Below are positions 8,326 to 17,234 of a stretch of DNA of 53,575 nt, piece by piece (within the stretch, counting starts at the first letter, position 1; each line of letters opens with the position of its first letter). The stretch is from the IMG/VR virus record IMGVR_UViG_3300009285_000009, positions 1 through 53,575 of that record. The stretch is one strand, 5' to 3'. A program made the translations under genes and the position numbers. The DNA is from a virus. A model generated the notes under the pieces. That model worked only from the letters and a program-made list of their open reading frames with translations, had not been told where the DNA came from and did not search any database.

Positions 8326-8628
8326 ATGGAAGAAACAATGGAGAAATTCAGTTTTGAAAAAGCAGTGAGAAGCATCCTTCTTAAAGAAAAACCCAGTTAT
8401 ATTGAGAGAGAATTTCCTGAAATAATAAAGCGAGAAAACACTATCAAGAAACTAATTGACAAGAATGGGTGTATGTTGGCATTGACAAAAACTGATGCTG
8501 ATGAAATAGTTAAGCAATTTGAAAAAGGGGGTAAGCGGGCTATTGCATTTAATCGGGATGGTGGCTATGCGATTATAGAAATAAAAGCGGATGATAATTA
8601 TCTTGAAATAATAAAAATCGTTTATTGA
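8326..8628 (+). CDS. hypothetical protein
   Basis: ATG 8326 has the gagggggg RBS; an upstream in-frame ATG at 8308 is also possible. Confidence 0.5.
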   Translation: MEETMEKFSFEKAVRSILLKEKPSYIEREFPEIIKRENTIKKLIDKNGCMLALTKTDADEIVKQFEKGGKRAIAFNRDGGYAIIEIKADDNYLEIIKIVY

Positions 8629-8660
8629 AATAAAGAATTAGTGAAGAGAGGGGTGGTTAT

Positions 8661-9080
8661 ATGGACTACGCAAGAAAACAATTAGATTGGCTGATAGGAA
8701 TGCATAAGCAGGGTTCGGAACATATGAGTAATTCATCTAAAGCCATAGTAGATATAAAAAGCAACGGAATATTCTGGACAGGGATTGAGGCATCATTGGA
8801 TGAATTATGTCTTTCCCGTGGGGATATAGTTGTAGTAACATTTCCTGTCAATAATATGCTGTCAAATCACCGAAGGATTCGTAATATTATAAGAAAAAAA
8901 ACACAATGTAAACATTCTGTTATCATAGTTGAAACTACCAAAACAGGGTTAAGTAAGATTGACTGGAAACAGGCAAAACTCTTGAGTCAATTTTTCAAGC
9001 AACACAGTAAAATGCCACACCTGCTGGAAACAGAGACAACGCTCGGAACACCGTTTAAGAAAAAGAAAGGGAGCAAGTAA
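8661..9080 (+). CDS. hypothetical protein
   Basis: gagagggg RBS; 139 aa with basic C-terminus; no recognisable motif. Confidence 0.55.
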   Translation: MDYARKQLDWLIGMHKQGSEHMSNSSKAIVDIKSNGIFWTGIEASLDELCLSRGDIVVVTFPVNNMLSNHRRIRNIIRKKTQCKHSVIIVETTKTGLSKIDWKQAKLLSQFFKQHSKMPHLLETETTLGTPFKKKKGSK

Positions 9081-9409
9081 TGGTATACATATTGATAATA
9101 ACTGTATGCCTGATTTTCTTGGCTATTATGCGTAAGCCCGCTTATAGATTAATCCGGCGGATGCTCTGGGGCTGGCACGATAGGCATATGGATTGGCATC
9201 GGATGCATAATCACGATATAGATAAAATGCGGGACGGAATTGAACTCCTAACCGGTATGCAGGTGTTGCATAAAGAACACGGTAAGCAGGTAAGGGAATT
9301 CGTTTCCTTCCAAATGGATATTAATAAAGGATTACTAAAGAAGGGGGTATTGACTAATGAGCAATACAACGATGTCAAGAAAAGAGCTGAAGGAATACAA
9401 TGCACTTAG
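9080..9409 (+). CDS. hypothetical membrane-anchored protein
   Basis: TAATG overlap with previous gene; N-terminal hydrophobic helix MVYILIITVCLIFLAIM. Confidence 0.5.
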   Translation: MVYILIITVCLIFLAIMRKPAYRLIRRMLWGWHDRHMDWHRMHNHDIDKMRDGIELLTGMQVLHKEHGKQVREFVSFQMDINKGLLKKGVLTNEQYNDVKKRAEGIQCT

Positions 9410-9845
9410 GCGAATGGATTTAGCCCGGCAGTTAAATGAAATCTTTATGGGTAAGGCACGGATTGAATTGCAATTAATAGCCAGTAAGCATATCAATAAG
9501 CCAAACTTCAACGCCCAAAAGGTCAGGGTAAATATCAGGCAATTAGTTATTGAATCAATCACCGAGTATAGGCGGAAGAATAGCAATCCACAGGAACGGT
9601 CTATGACTGAAGCCGGGATAATGATATGGGAACAGGGGGCTAATGCACGGTTACAAACGATATGCACATTACGGAACGAGACGATAAAATCGCTAATGGA
9701 GAAACCGCTTGAATTAAAACCGATAGAAAATAAACCGTTGCCGGAAACATTGCAGTCGCCGGTTGACGAGATGCTTTCCAAAGCAGAAAGGAATGATAAT
9801 GACAACTCAAACGCAGGAGGAATTACGGAAGCAAGCCCTGCTTAA
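9357..9845 (+). CDS. hypothetical protein
   Basis: aaggggg RBS before ATG 9357; 53-nt overlap with previous ORF, so a later in-frame ATG (9414) is possible. Confidence 0.5.
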   Translation: MSNTTMSRKELKEYNALRRMDLARQLNEIFMGKARIELQLIASKHINKPNFNAQKVRVNIRQLVIESITEYRRKNSNPQERSMTEAGIMIWEQGANARLQTICTLRNETIKSLMEKPLELKPIENKPLPETLQSPVDEMLSKAERNDNDNSNAGGITEASPA

Positions 9846-9999
9846 AATCCTAATTGATGAATCGGCTAAGATAATCAAAGAGGATTTCTTCGGCAAGATA
9901 ATCTTTGAAGTCAGGAATGGGGCGGTATATCAGATAAGAACAGAGCAGACGAAGGATATAGCCGAAGCGGTATCCAAGATGCAGAAGCAAGGGGGCTAA
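9793..9999 (+). CDS. YezD/DUF2292-like small protein
   Basis: Track ORF starts at TTG 9763; ATG 9793/9799 follow gaaagga; GKIIFEVRNGAVYQIRTEQT resembles the DUF2292 core. Confidence 0.5.
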   Translation: MIMTTQTQEELRKQALLKILIDESAKIIKEDFFGKIIFEVRNGAVYQIRTEQTKDIAEAVSKMQKQGG

Positions 10000-10001
10000 G
10001 G

Positions 10002-10196
10002 ATGAAGCATAAGACAAGAGGCAAGTATAACAAGAAATTATGCCAATGCATTAAGTGCGGGCGTAAGGGCAAGCGGAAGACGATGGTGACCAATGGCTTT
10101 GATTATCCTTATTGCATTGATAGGGATGAATGCAGAAATAGGATAGACCGAAACCTAAAAACTTATATCAACCGGATAAGAAGGGGGCGGAGATGA
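10002..10196 (+). CDS. hypothetical basic zinc-ribbon-like protein
   Basis: aaggggg RBS; CQCIKCG...YCIDRDEC; very Lys/Arg rich. Confidence 0.5.
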   Translation: MKHKTRGKYNKKLCQCIKCGRKGKRKTMVTNGFDYPYCIDRDECRNRIDRNLKTYINRIRRGRR

Positions 10197-10414
10197 GTAA
10201 AAAGATTCAGGGCATTAACCCAATACTGGTATATCTTGAGACAAGTCATAATATCGTTATGAGTATACGCACTTTTAATAATTACCGCAATCGGTATCCA
10301 TTAAGGTGTTTTAATATTACTACCCGGCTGATAACCACCACCGAGGAAATAGACAAGTGGGTAGAGAAACTAAGGAACTGTAAGAAGCGTAATATATTAT
10401 CGGATGCCAAATAG
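10193..10414 (+). CDS. excisionase/AlpA-type HTH DNA-binding protein candidate
   Basis: ATGA overlap; VMSIRTFNNYRNRYPLRCFNITTRLITTTEEIDKWVEK fits the HTH_17-type pattern (HTH, then R..f...eidxW). Confidence 0.5.
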   Translation: MSKKIQGINPILVYLETSHNIVMSIRTFNNYRNRYPLRCFNITTRLITTTEEIDKWVEKLRNCKKRNILSDAK

Positions 10415-10477
10415 AACCTCGTCAACTTGATAAAGAGGTTAATGCTTGCTCAAGATGATGGCAAGAGAAAAACTATT

Positions 10478-10541
10478 GGGGCGGGGCAACGGATTTCTGG
10501 TATAGTCAGTTATTAACTATCAGGAATATCGCTACCGCCCC
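10478..10541 (+). other. 64-nt GC-clamped hairpin in the 218-nt gap upstream of the methyltransferase
   Basis: GGGGCGG 10478..10484 pairs with CCGCCCC 10535..10541, plus inner ATAGT/ACTAT pairing; no U-tract. Confidence 0.4.
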
Positions 10542-10632
10542 GGCATCCGGTATTTAATAGTGATGAAATGGTAGTCATTGAATCGGATATGGAAGGCGAA
10601 AAAGGATTAATGATTCAGATAGGGGGCGAATT

Positions 10633-11358
10633 ATGAACTACCCAGAAGATTACATAGATAAGGTTATACAAGGTGATTGCCTTGAAATAATGAAAGGCAT
10701 CCCAGATAAATCGGTGGACTTGATTCTGACTGACCCTCCGTATGGGATAGATTTCTGCTCGTCCAGGACGAGCAGAAAAGAAAGATTGCAAAACGATAAG
10801 TTAGGCGATTGGCAAGAAATGTTGCCTAAAATGCTAATTGAGTTTAAGCGTATTCTTACGGATACCGGTTGTTGTTGTTGTGGTGGTGGTGGTAAGACCC
10901 CAGTAACCGCATTATTTACCGTTGAGGCGATAAAGCACTTTAACCTTATACAGACGCTTGTATGGCGTAAGTTTATTGGTCTTGGGTGGAAATACCGCCC
11001 GGCTTATGAAAATATAGTTATTTTAAGTAAAAGTAAGGATGAGTATAATTTTTACGATGAGACAAAGAAATGCGGGAATGTTATTGAGGGTATAAATCAA
11101 GACATACCACAATATAACGAACATAAGGCAGGGGGGGTAGATGAACACCCTACGCAAAAGCCAACTGCCTTAATGGAACACTTGATTAAAATACATAGCA
11201 AGCGAAACAACCTAATCCTTGACCCATTCCTCGGAGGTGGGACAACCGCAGTGGCGGCAAAAGAATTAGGACGGCGTTGGATTGGTATTGAGGTCTCTGA
11301 AAAGTATTGTGCTTTGGCACGCAAGAGATTACAATACACAGAGCAACCCCTCTTTTAG
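10633..11358 (+). CDS. beta-class DNA N6-adenine/N4-cytosine methyltransferase
   Basis: Motif IV DLILTDPPYGI first, motif I LDPFLGGGTTAVAAKELGRRWIGIE last (N6_N4_Mtase order). Confidence 0.85.
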   Translation: MNYPEDYIDKVIQGDCLEIMKGIPDKSVDLILTDPPYGIDFCSSRTSRKERLQNDKLGDWQEMLPKMLIEFKRILTDTGCCCCGGGGKTPVTALFTVEAIKHFNLIQTLVWRKFIGLGWKYRPAYENIVILSKSKDEYNFYDETKKCGNVIEGINQDIPQYNEHKAGGVDEHPTQKPTALMEHLIKIHSKRNNLILDPFLGGGTTAVAAKELGRRWIGIEVSEKYCALARKRLQYTEQPLF

Positions 11359-11459
11359 CAAGTCGGCAATATTCGGCAAATACGGAAATCTGCTTGCAAT
11401 GCATTTCTAAATTGTTATATTAAGGTCAACGGATAAAGAATACGATGGTCACGGAAGAA

Positions 11460-11500
11460 CCGAGCCACCGCACTAACAGTGTTGTGGACTCGGTTTTTTT
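11460..11500 (+). terminator. intrinsic terminator-like hairpin plus T7 tract
   Basis: CCGAGCCAC 11460..11468 pairs with GTGG(A)CTCGG 11484..11493 (9 bp, one bulge), followed by TTTTTTT 11494..11500. Confidence 0.6.
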
Positions 11501-11504
11501 ATTT

Positions 11505-13688
11505 ATGCCGAATAAATTAAAAGTAAGACCAAGAACGATTCATCGGATAGCATACCAGAAACCGGCACAGCCGGTAACACCATTATCAACCCAAGCGAAA
11601 ACTTATAAGCCGTCAATAAATATTACTAAAAAAGGTTTAGTAATAGGACAGTCGCAATCGGATATATCATTCTTTAAGTCATTAAGATTGCAATTAGACA
11701 GCAATTCGGTGACAGAGCCATACCGCCAGCATATATGGGTTTATAGTTGTATTTCCACAATAGCGATGAATATCGCCGGAGTGCCGTTTAATATTTATAC
11801 CGGGACAGAAGCAAATCCAAAACTGGTAGAGGAAGGCACAAGGGACGGCAAAGAGGGCGGACTGGTTTATTTATTCAATCATCCGAATCCGCAGATGAGC
11901 CGTTACCAATTATGGGAAGCGTTGATGGTTTATCTTGGACTTGACGGCGAATGTATCTGCCTGCTTAATAAACCCAAAGGCAAAGAGATGGATTTCACGG
12001 CTATACCGACAGAGATATGGCCGATGAGAGCGACTAACTTTGAGCCGATTATAGATAATAATTATTTTATCGGATGGAATTATAAAGTCGGGGGCAAGGT
12101 ATATCAGTTACATCCGGCGCAGGTAATCCAGTTCAAGTATTTCAATCCCTATAATCAATACAGGGGGTTGTCGCCAATCAGTGCGTGCGAAATGGGTATT
12201 AAGCAGGATTGGATGGCCTCAAAATATAATCTGGCATTCTTTGAGAATTCAGGCGACCCCGGTGGATTGCTATTGTATAAAGGCGAGGGTAATTCCGAGA
12301 ACCTTACGCCGGACGAGAAAAAAGAAATACTTGCTAAGTGGAATGACCGGCATATGACACCGGCCAATGCGCACCGGGTAGCATTGCTTGAAGGCAACTG
12401 GGATTACAAGCAAATCCAGATAGACCATAAGACAATGCAGTTCCTTGAGCAATTAGGTTGGAATCGTGACCAGATATGCGCCGCATTTAAGTTATCAAAA
12501 GAAGACATCGGAATAATATCGGAAATGAACTTAGCCAATTCGCTTATACGGGATAAGGTGCTATGGACAAAGAACCTTGTGCCTAAAATGAATTACATCA
12601 CAGACGTATTATGGACTCGGTTATTTAGTAAAATAGGCAATGGCAGTCAATGGGGTTCGTTTGATTACACCAAGATTGAGGCATTACAGGAAGAACTTAA
12701 AAGCAAGATTGAAAGCGGGTTTAAGTTATTCCAGATGGGGTATCCGCCTAACTTCGTCAATAAAAAACTCAACCTCGGTATGCCTGACTTGACGTGGGGC
12801 AACGAGATATTCCTGCCGTTCTCAATGGTGACGGCATCAAGTTTGCTTACCAAACCGGCAGAAGAACCTGAACCCGCACCAGAAAAAGAACCGGCAAAGG
12901 AATTGCCGTCACCTAATAATACCATAGTGGCAAAGATACAAGGCGATGAATTGGATGCCTTATTATTCTCGCTTGGCGAATGGAATAAGAAACTGAAAGA
13001 ACTGACCAAGCCGTTATACGAGACCATAATGACTATGGCCGGACAGCAGATAGGGGAAGAACTGGGCGGACTGTTTGCGTTTAATCTGGCCGACCCGAAG
13101 ATGGTAGAATTCCTAAAGACCAAACTAATCAAGGTAACGGATACTAACGACACAATCCGTAATCAATTAAAAGAATCACTGCAAGAAGGAATATCGCTTA
13201 ATGAAACCGCTAACGAATTGCAGGAACGGATAAAGACAACGTTTAACTATGCCAGTAATAGGTCATTGACCATAGCCCGGACAGAGACGGCAGAGACATC
13301 ATCCGGGGTAAGATTTATCGCTATGCAGGAAGAAGGCGTGGAAGAACAGGAATGGGTATCAGCCCGTGATGACCACGTTAGGAAGCCGCCGGACAGTAAA
13401 TACAACCACGCCATTGACGGTGAACACGTCAAGATAGGCGAGAAGTTTTCAAATGGATTACGTTATGCTTCAGATAATGAGGGTGATGCCGGTAACGTGA
13501 TTAATTGCCGTTGTCTAAATGTGGTTTATAAAGAGGGCAAGGCATTGGCTAACCGTGAACTATTTTGGAAGACATTCGTGGAGCGGATACTTGACCCCAA
13601 CGAGAAGATATTCCACGCCAAGATAAAAGCGTATATTTGGAAATTACGAGTGGCGCAACTCAAACTCTTTGCCAAAATATCTGAATAA
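11505..13688 (+). CDS. portal protein fused to a MuF/SPP1-gp7-like head-morphogenesis domain
   Basis: HK97-type portal segment LFNHPNPQMSRYQLWEALMVYLGLDGECICL; C-terminal SLTIARTETAETSS...NCRCLNVV (MuF-like). Track start 11445 would place the terminator hairpin inside the ORF, and ATG 11505 shares its start context with gene 3693. Confidence 0.85.
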   Translation: MPNKLKVRPRTIHRIAYQKPAQPVTPLSTQAKTYKPSINITKKGLVIGQSQSDISFFKSLRLQLDSNSVTEPYRQHIWVYSCISTIAMNIAGVPFNIYTGTEANPKLVEEGTRDGKEGGLVYLFNHPNPQMSRYQLWEALMVYLGLDGECICLLNKPKGKEMDFTAIPTEIWPMRATNFEPIIDNNYFIGWNYKVGGKVYQLHPAQVIQFKYFNPYNQYRGLSPISACEMGIKQDWMASKYNLAFFENSGDPGGLLLYKGEGNSENLTPDEKKEILAKWNDRHMTPANAHRVALLEGNWDYKQIQIDHKTMQFLEQLGWNRDQICAAFKLSKEDIGIISEMNLANSLIRDKVLWTKNLVPKMNYITDVLWTRLFSKIGNGSQWGSFDYTKIEALQEELKSKIESGFKLFQMGYPPNFVNKKLNLGMPDLTWGNEIFLPFSMVTASSLLTKPAEEPEPAPEKEPAKELPSPNNTIVAKIQGDELDALLFSLGEWNKKLKELTKPLYETIMTMAGQQIGEELGGLFAFNLADPKMVEFLKTKLIKVTDTNDTIRNQLKESLQEGISLNETANELQERIKTTFNYASNRSLTIARTETAETSSGVRFIAMQEEGVEEQEWVSARDDHVRKPPDSKYNHAIDGEHVKIGEKFSNGLRYASDNEGDAGNVINCRCLNVVYKEGKALANRELFWKTFVERILDPNEKIFHAKIKAYIWKLRVAQLKLFAKISE

Positions 13689-13702
13689 AAGGAGATAAAC
13701 GT

Positions 13703-15115
13703 ATGAAGAACACAGCCCCGGCCATCCCGACCGAAAAAGTAATCAAGTATTTTAAGGCGGAAATTGACATCAAGAAGATAGATGAGGTAAACCATCGTGT
13801 CCTCGTAACATTGTCCGACCAGACGATAGACAGTTACAGGGAAGTGATTGATGTTGATGGCTGGAAGCCGCATATGGCACGTTTTAACGGTCATCCTGTG
13901 TTGTTATCATCGCATAACTACAACGGCTTGATGAATCAAATCGGGGTGATGGAAACCCCGCTTATTGTTGAGGACGGCAAGTTAATGGGTTGGGCTAAAT
14001 ACTTCGTAGGCGAAGGCAACGAAGAAGCGGACTGGGCTTGGGTTCTGGTAAAGAATAATACCGCCGCATTTTCGGTAGGGTTTATGACTAAAAACGCCGT
14101 ATGGTGGGATACGCTTAACGAAGACCAGCAGAAAGAGGCCAGGAAAAAATACAAACTCAAAAAAGACCAAACCCCACAGCGGATATATCTTGAGCAGGAA
14201 CTGCTTGAGAATTCCCAGGTGGTGATAGGGGCGAATCCCAACGCCTTGCAGAATTGCCTAAAGACGGCTACCGATGCGGTGGTAAAACGGTCAGCCGAAG
14301 ACACGATTGCCTTAATCAAATGCAAAACCTGCGGCGGATACATTACTTCAATGCGTAAGTGCGATAACTGTGGTAAGTGCGGCGAATGCAAGAATGTATG
14401 CACCTGCAAAGCCCCGGCAACCAATAGCCCTGCGCCTGAAAGCGTGGTAGAAAAGAATGTCATACCTTATCAGGACTTCGGTATCGTGGCCGATGAAGCC
14501 GCACCGTGGAAAGGGAGCAAGGAAACTGCGGCGGCTGATATTACCACGTTAAAGAAGATATGCGCCTGGTATGACGAAACCAAAGCCGACAACAAGACAT
14601 CATATAAACTCCCGCATCATCAGGCGCACGATAACAAGGCCGTATGGAAAGGCGTAAACTCGGCAATGGGTGCTTTGCTCGGCGCACGTGGGGGAACAAA
14701 TATCCCGGACGGCGACCGCAAGGGGGTTTATAGCCATTTGTCAAAGCACTATGCGCAGTTTGGCAAAGACGTGCCGGAGTTTAAGGAATATACGGCAGAT
14801 GAAATAAAGACGATGTTCCCTGATTTATTCGTCTTGACGCTTGAGGATATGTCCGAGTCATTCAAGGAATTGGGCGAACGGATGGACAACACATTGGAAG
14901 GAATCACGGAACTTATTAAAACCCAAACTAAAACATTGCTTGAACTGAAAGAGTTCATTGCCAAGAACCCGGTATCACCACTACAGGACAAGCCCGTTGC
15001 TTCCGGCGATAAGCCAAAGGAAGACGACCAGGGCAAGTCCCACATAGGGGAAATACTGAAGTTAAGCGGCAATGCCTGTAATAAGGTTCAGGAGATGAAC
15101 AAGAAAACCTCGTAA
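13703..15115 (+). CDS. prohead protease fused to a scaffold-like C-terminal region
   Basis: aaggag RBS; DSYREVIDVDGW and HPVLLSSHNY (HK97 protease-like); Cys knuckles CKTCGG..CDNCGKCGECKNVCTC; KLPHH...ALLGARGG motif; acidic coiled tail. Confidence 0.8.
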   Translation: MKNTAPAIPTEKVIKYFKAEIDIKKIDEVNHRVLVTLSDQTIDSYREVIDVDGWKPHMARFNGHPVLLSSHNYNGLMNQIGVMETPLIVEDGKLMGWAKYFVGEGNEEADWAWVLVKNNTAAFSVGFMTKNAVWWDTLNEDQQKEARKKYKLKKDQTPQRIYLEQELLENSQVVIGANPNALQNCLKTATDAVVKRSAEDTIALIKCKTCGGYITSMRKCDNCGKCGECKNVCTCKAPATNSPAPESVVEKNVIPYQDFGIVADEAAPWKGSKETAAADITTLKKICAWYDETKADNKTSYKLPHHQAHDNKAVWKGVNSAMGALLGARGGTNIPDGDRKGVYSHLSKHYAQFGKDVPEFKEYTADEIKTMFPDLFVLTLEDMSESFKELGERMDNTLEGITELIKTQTKTLLELKEFIAKNPVSPLQDKPVASGDKPKEDDQGKSHIGEILKLSGNACNKVQEMNKKTS

Positions 15116-15136
15116 CAATAAAAGGAGAAAAAGAAT

Positions 15137-16318
15137 ATGACACCCGAACAAATAGCCGAACTGATGGCCAAACTGAAAGGCATCAATGACGGTATGGGCG
15201 GATTTAGTGAGAAGTTCAACGCCTTTGATACTAAATTCAACGCCTTAGACCTACGGCTGAAAAACGCCGAAGGCGCATTGGTAAACAGGGTATCCCTCCC
15301 CGGCGTTGAGAACGGCGATGGCAAGCAGAAGTTCTCATTCCGCAAGGCGATGTATGCCATCCTGACCCAGGATTGGACAGATGCCGGTTTTGAGAAATCG
15401 GTGTTTGACGAGACCAAGAAAAAGGCGATGTCCACCAATACCGGCGTGGCTGGCGGATATATCGTCCCGGTGGAAATAGTATCGGAACTCATACCGATGC
15501 TGAATGCCAAGACCATCGTGCGTCAACTCGGCGCAACGGTAATGGATAACCTGGTGGGTTCGCCCGTGCCGATACCCAAGCAATCCGGTGGGGCTACGGT
15601 ATATGACATCGGTGAAAACGAGGACATCACGGAAAGCGACCTGTCTTTCGGCGAATTGAACCTGACACCCAAGAGTATGGGTTGCTTCGTCATCGGCAGT
15701 CGGAAACTGGCTGTTCTCGCCAATCCCAGTTACGAAACGATGGTCAGGGAAGACCTGTCCGGTGCGTTAGCCCGTGGATTGGATTACAGGGCATTACGGG
15801 GCAAAGGTTACGATGCCCAGGCGTTGGGTCTCGTTAATACGACCAATGTCAATTCCCTGCCTCTCGGTACTAATGGCGTTATTCCGACCGTGGATAACCT
15901 GTGGGATTTGATTAATCTCATAGAGATGGCAAACGCCGATGTGGGTAAGCTCGGATGGGCAATGAGTCCGAAAATTCTCAATGTGTTCCGTAAAGTCAAG
16001 GATACCGCCGGGAACTATCTGTTACAGCCAGACCCCAGCGCATCAGGCAAACGGGTACTGTGCGGATATAATGTCCTGACCACAACGCAGTTGCCGATAA
16101 ACCTGGTTAAGGGTAGCGGCACTAACTGTTCGGAAATCATATTCGGCAACTGGGCTGATATGGTTATCGCTCTCTGGGGCGGATTGGTTCTTGAGGCATC
16201 AACGGAATATAAATTCAAGAGCCATCAACTGTGTATCAAGGGCGTAATGGATTACGATATTGGCCTGCGCCACCCGGAATCCTTCGGCCTTATCCCGGAC
16301 GCAAAGGTAGCGGCGTAA
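15137..16318 (+). CDS. major capsid protein, HK97 fold
   Basis: aaggag RBS; follows the protease; N-terminal coiled delta-like region, then GVAGGYIVPVE and GNWADMVIALWGG, typical of HK97-family capsids. Confidence 0.85.
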   Translation: MTPEQIAELMAKLKGINDGMGGFSEKFNAFDTKFNALDLRLKNAEGALVNRVSLPGVENGDGKQKFSFRKAMYAILTQDWTDAGFEKSVFDETKKKAMSTNTGVAGGYIVPVEIVSELIPMLNAKTIVRQLGATVMDNLVGSPVPIPKQSGGATVYDIGENEDITESDLSFGELNLTPKSMGCFVIGSRKLAVLANPSYETMVREDLSGALARGLDYRALRGKGYDAQALGLVNTTNVNSLPLGTNGVIPTVDNLWDLINLIEMANADVGKLGWAMSPKILNVFRKVKDTAGNYLLQPDPSASGKRVLCGYNVLTTTQLPINLVKGSGTNCSEIIFGNWADMVIALWGGLVLEASTEYKFKSHQLCIKGVMDYDIGLRHPESFGLIPDAKVAA

Positions 16319-16364
16319 ATAGGAATACCGGCAGTAGTTGGTATAACCTAAAAGTGTTAATAAC

Positions 16365-16400
16365 GGGGTGGGTAGGGTTTTTCTAAACCTCGCCCACCCC
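16365..16400 (+). terminator. strong hairpin after the capsid gene (terminator/attenuator or mRNA stabiliser)
   Basis: GGGGTGGGTAGGGTTT pairs with AAACCTCGCCCACCCC (16 positions: 13 WC, 2 G-U, 1 mismatch); no clear U-tract. Confidence 0.5.
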
Positions 16401-16423
16401 AAACAAAAAAGGAGCAACAGTAT

Positions 16424-16852
16424 ATGATGAAAGATACAGGCGGTGAGTTACTGACCAAGCGGGCGATGAGTCCGCAGGCCATTAGCGGCAGTTCGGCTGT
16501 TAATGGAGTGGCCATTGACCGCAAGGGATTTGAAAGCGGCGTATTCACCATAGCCAGCGGTGCGGCTGGCGGTACGCCAACTTCGTTCTCAATGGCGATT
16601 AAAGTTCAGCACGCTGATGCGTCTAACTTCGCCACCCCGGTGGATGTTACGACCGCCCAGAACAATGATGGTGCTGTGACGGCAACCATCACGGCCATTG
16701 ATTCAGAGGCGGAGGTTAACGTGGATTTCCGCAAACTGAAACGGTATGTCAGGGTAGTGGTGACACCGACCTTCGTAGGCGGGAGTTCGCCAGACCTGCT
16801 GGTGGCCTCATCGGTAGCATTAGGCGAATGCTACATTAACCCGGCGGCCTAA
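16424..16852 (+). CDS. hypothetical virion protein (decoration/head-associated by position)
   Basis: aaggag RBS; 142 aa, Ala/Gly/Thr rich; directly after the major capsid gene. Confidence 0.6.
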   Translation: MMKDTGGELLTKRAMSPQAISGSSAVNGVAIDRKGFESGVFTIASGAAGGTPTSFSMAIKVQHADASNFATPVDVTTAQNNDGAVTATITAIDSEAEVNVDFRKLKRYVRVVVTPTFVGGSSPDLLVASSVALGECYINPAA

Positions 16853-16871
16853 CCAATTAATCAATGCGGTA

Positions 16872-16902
16872 GGGGGCGGGGTTTAATATTAGCCCCGCCC
16901 CT
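16872..16902 (+). terminator. GC-rich hairpin
   Basis: GGGGCGGGG 16873..16881 pairs with CCCCGCCCC 16893..16901; weak T content downstream. Confidence 0.45.
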
Positions 16903-16931
16903 GTTATCGCATAAAAAAGAGAGGGCGATAT

Positions 16932-17213
16932 ATGGAAGGAACAAACAAATACAAGGTGCTGAATGACTATGCCGTTTATCTCGGCGAAGGCCGTGACAAG
17001 AAGATATACGGCAAGGGAAGCAAGGATGGCATTACCTTTGAGGCGACCGAGGCGGAACTGAAAGGCCAGATGCACAAGGTGGAATTAATATCCGGTAAAC
17101 CGGCGAAGCAAACCCAAGAGCAATCCGGTAATGGCAGTGACGAAGAACCCAAAGGCAAGAATATCGGCACGTCGCCGAAAAACCGGATGCAAAGGCAAGC
17201 ATCAACAAAATAA
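16932..17213 (+). CDS. hypothetical protein
   Basis: agagaggg RBS; 93 aa with a low-complexity basic tail. Confidence 0.55.
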   Translation: MEGTNKYKVLNDYAVYLGEGRDKKIYGKGSKDGITFEATEAELKGQMHKVELISGKPAKQTQEQSGNGSDEEPKGKNIGTSPKNRMQRQASTK

Positions 17214-17234
17214 CTTTAATGAGGGGTCGGTAGT

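Noticed and set aside
10478-10541. tRNA gene
   Set aside because: A 7-bp GC acceptor-like stem is present, but there is no D-arm, no anticodon-arm geometry, and no GTTC-type T-loop. The 64-nt length is also too short.
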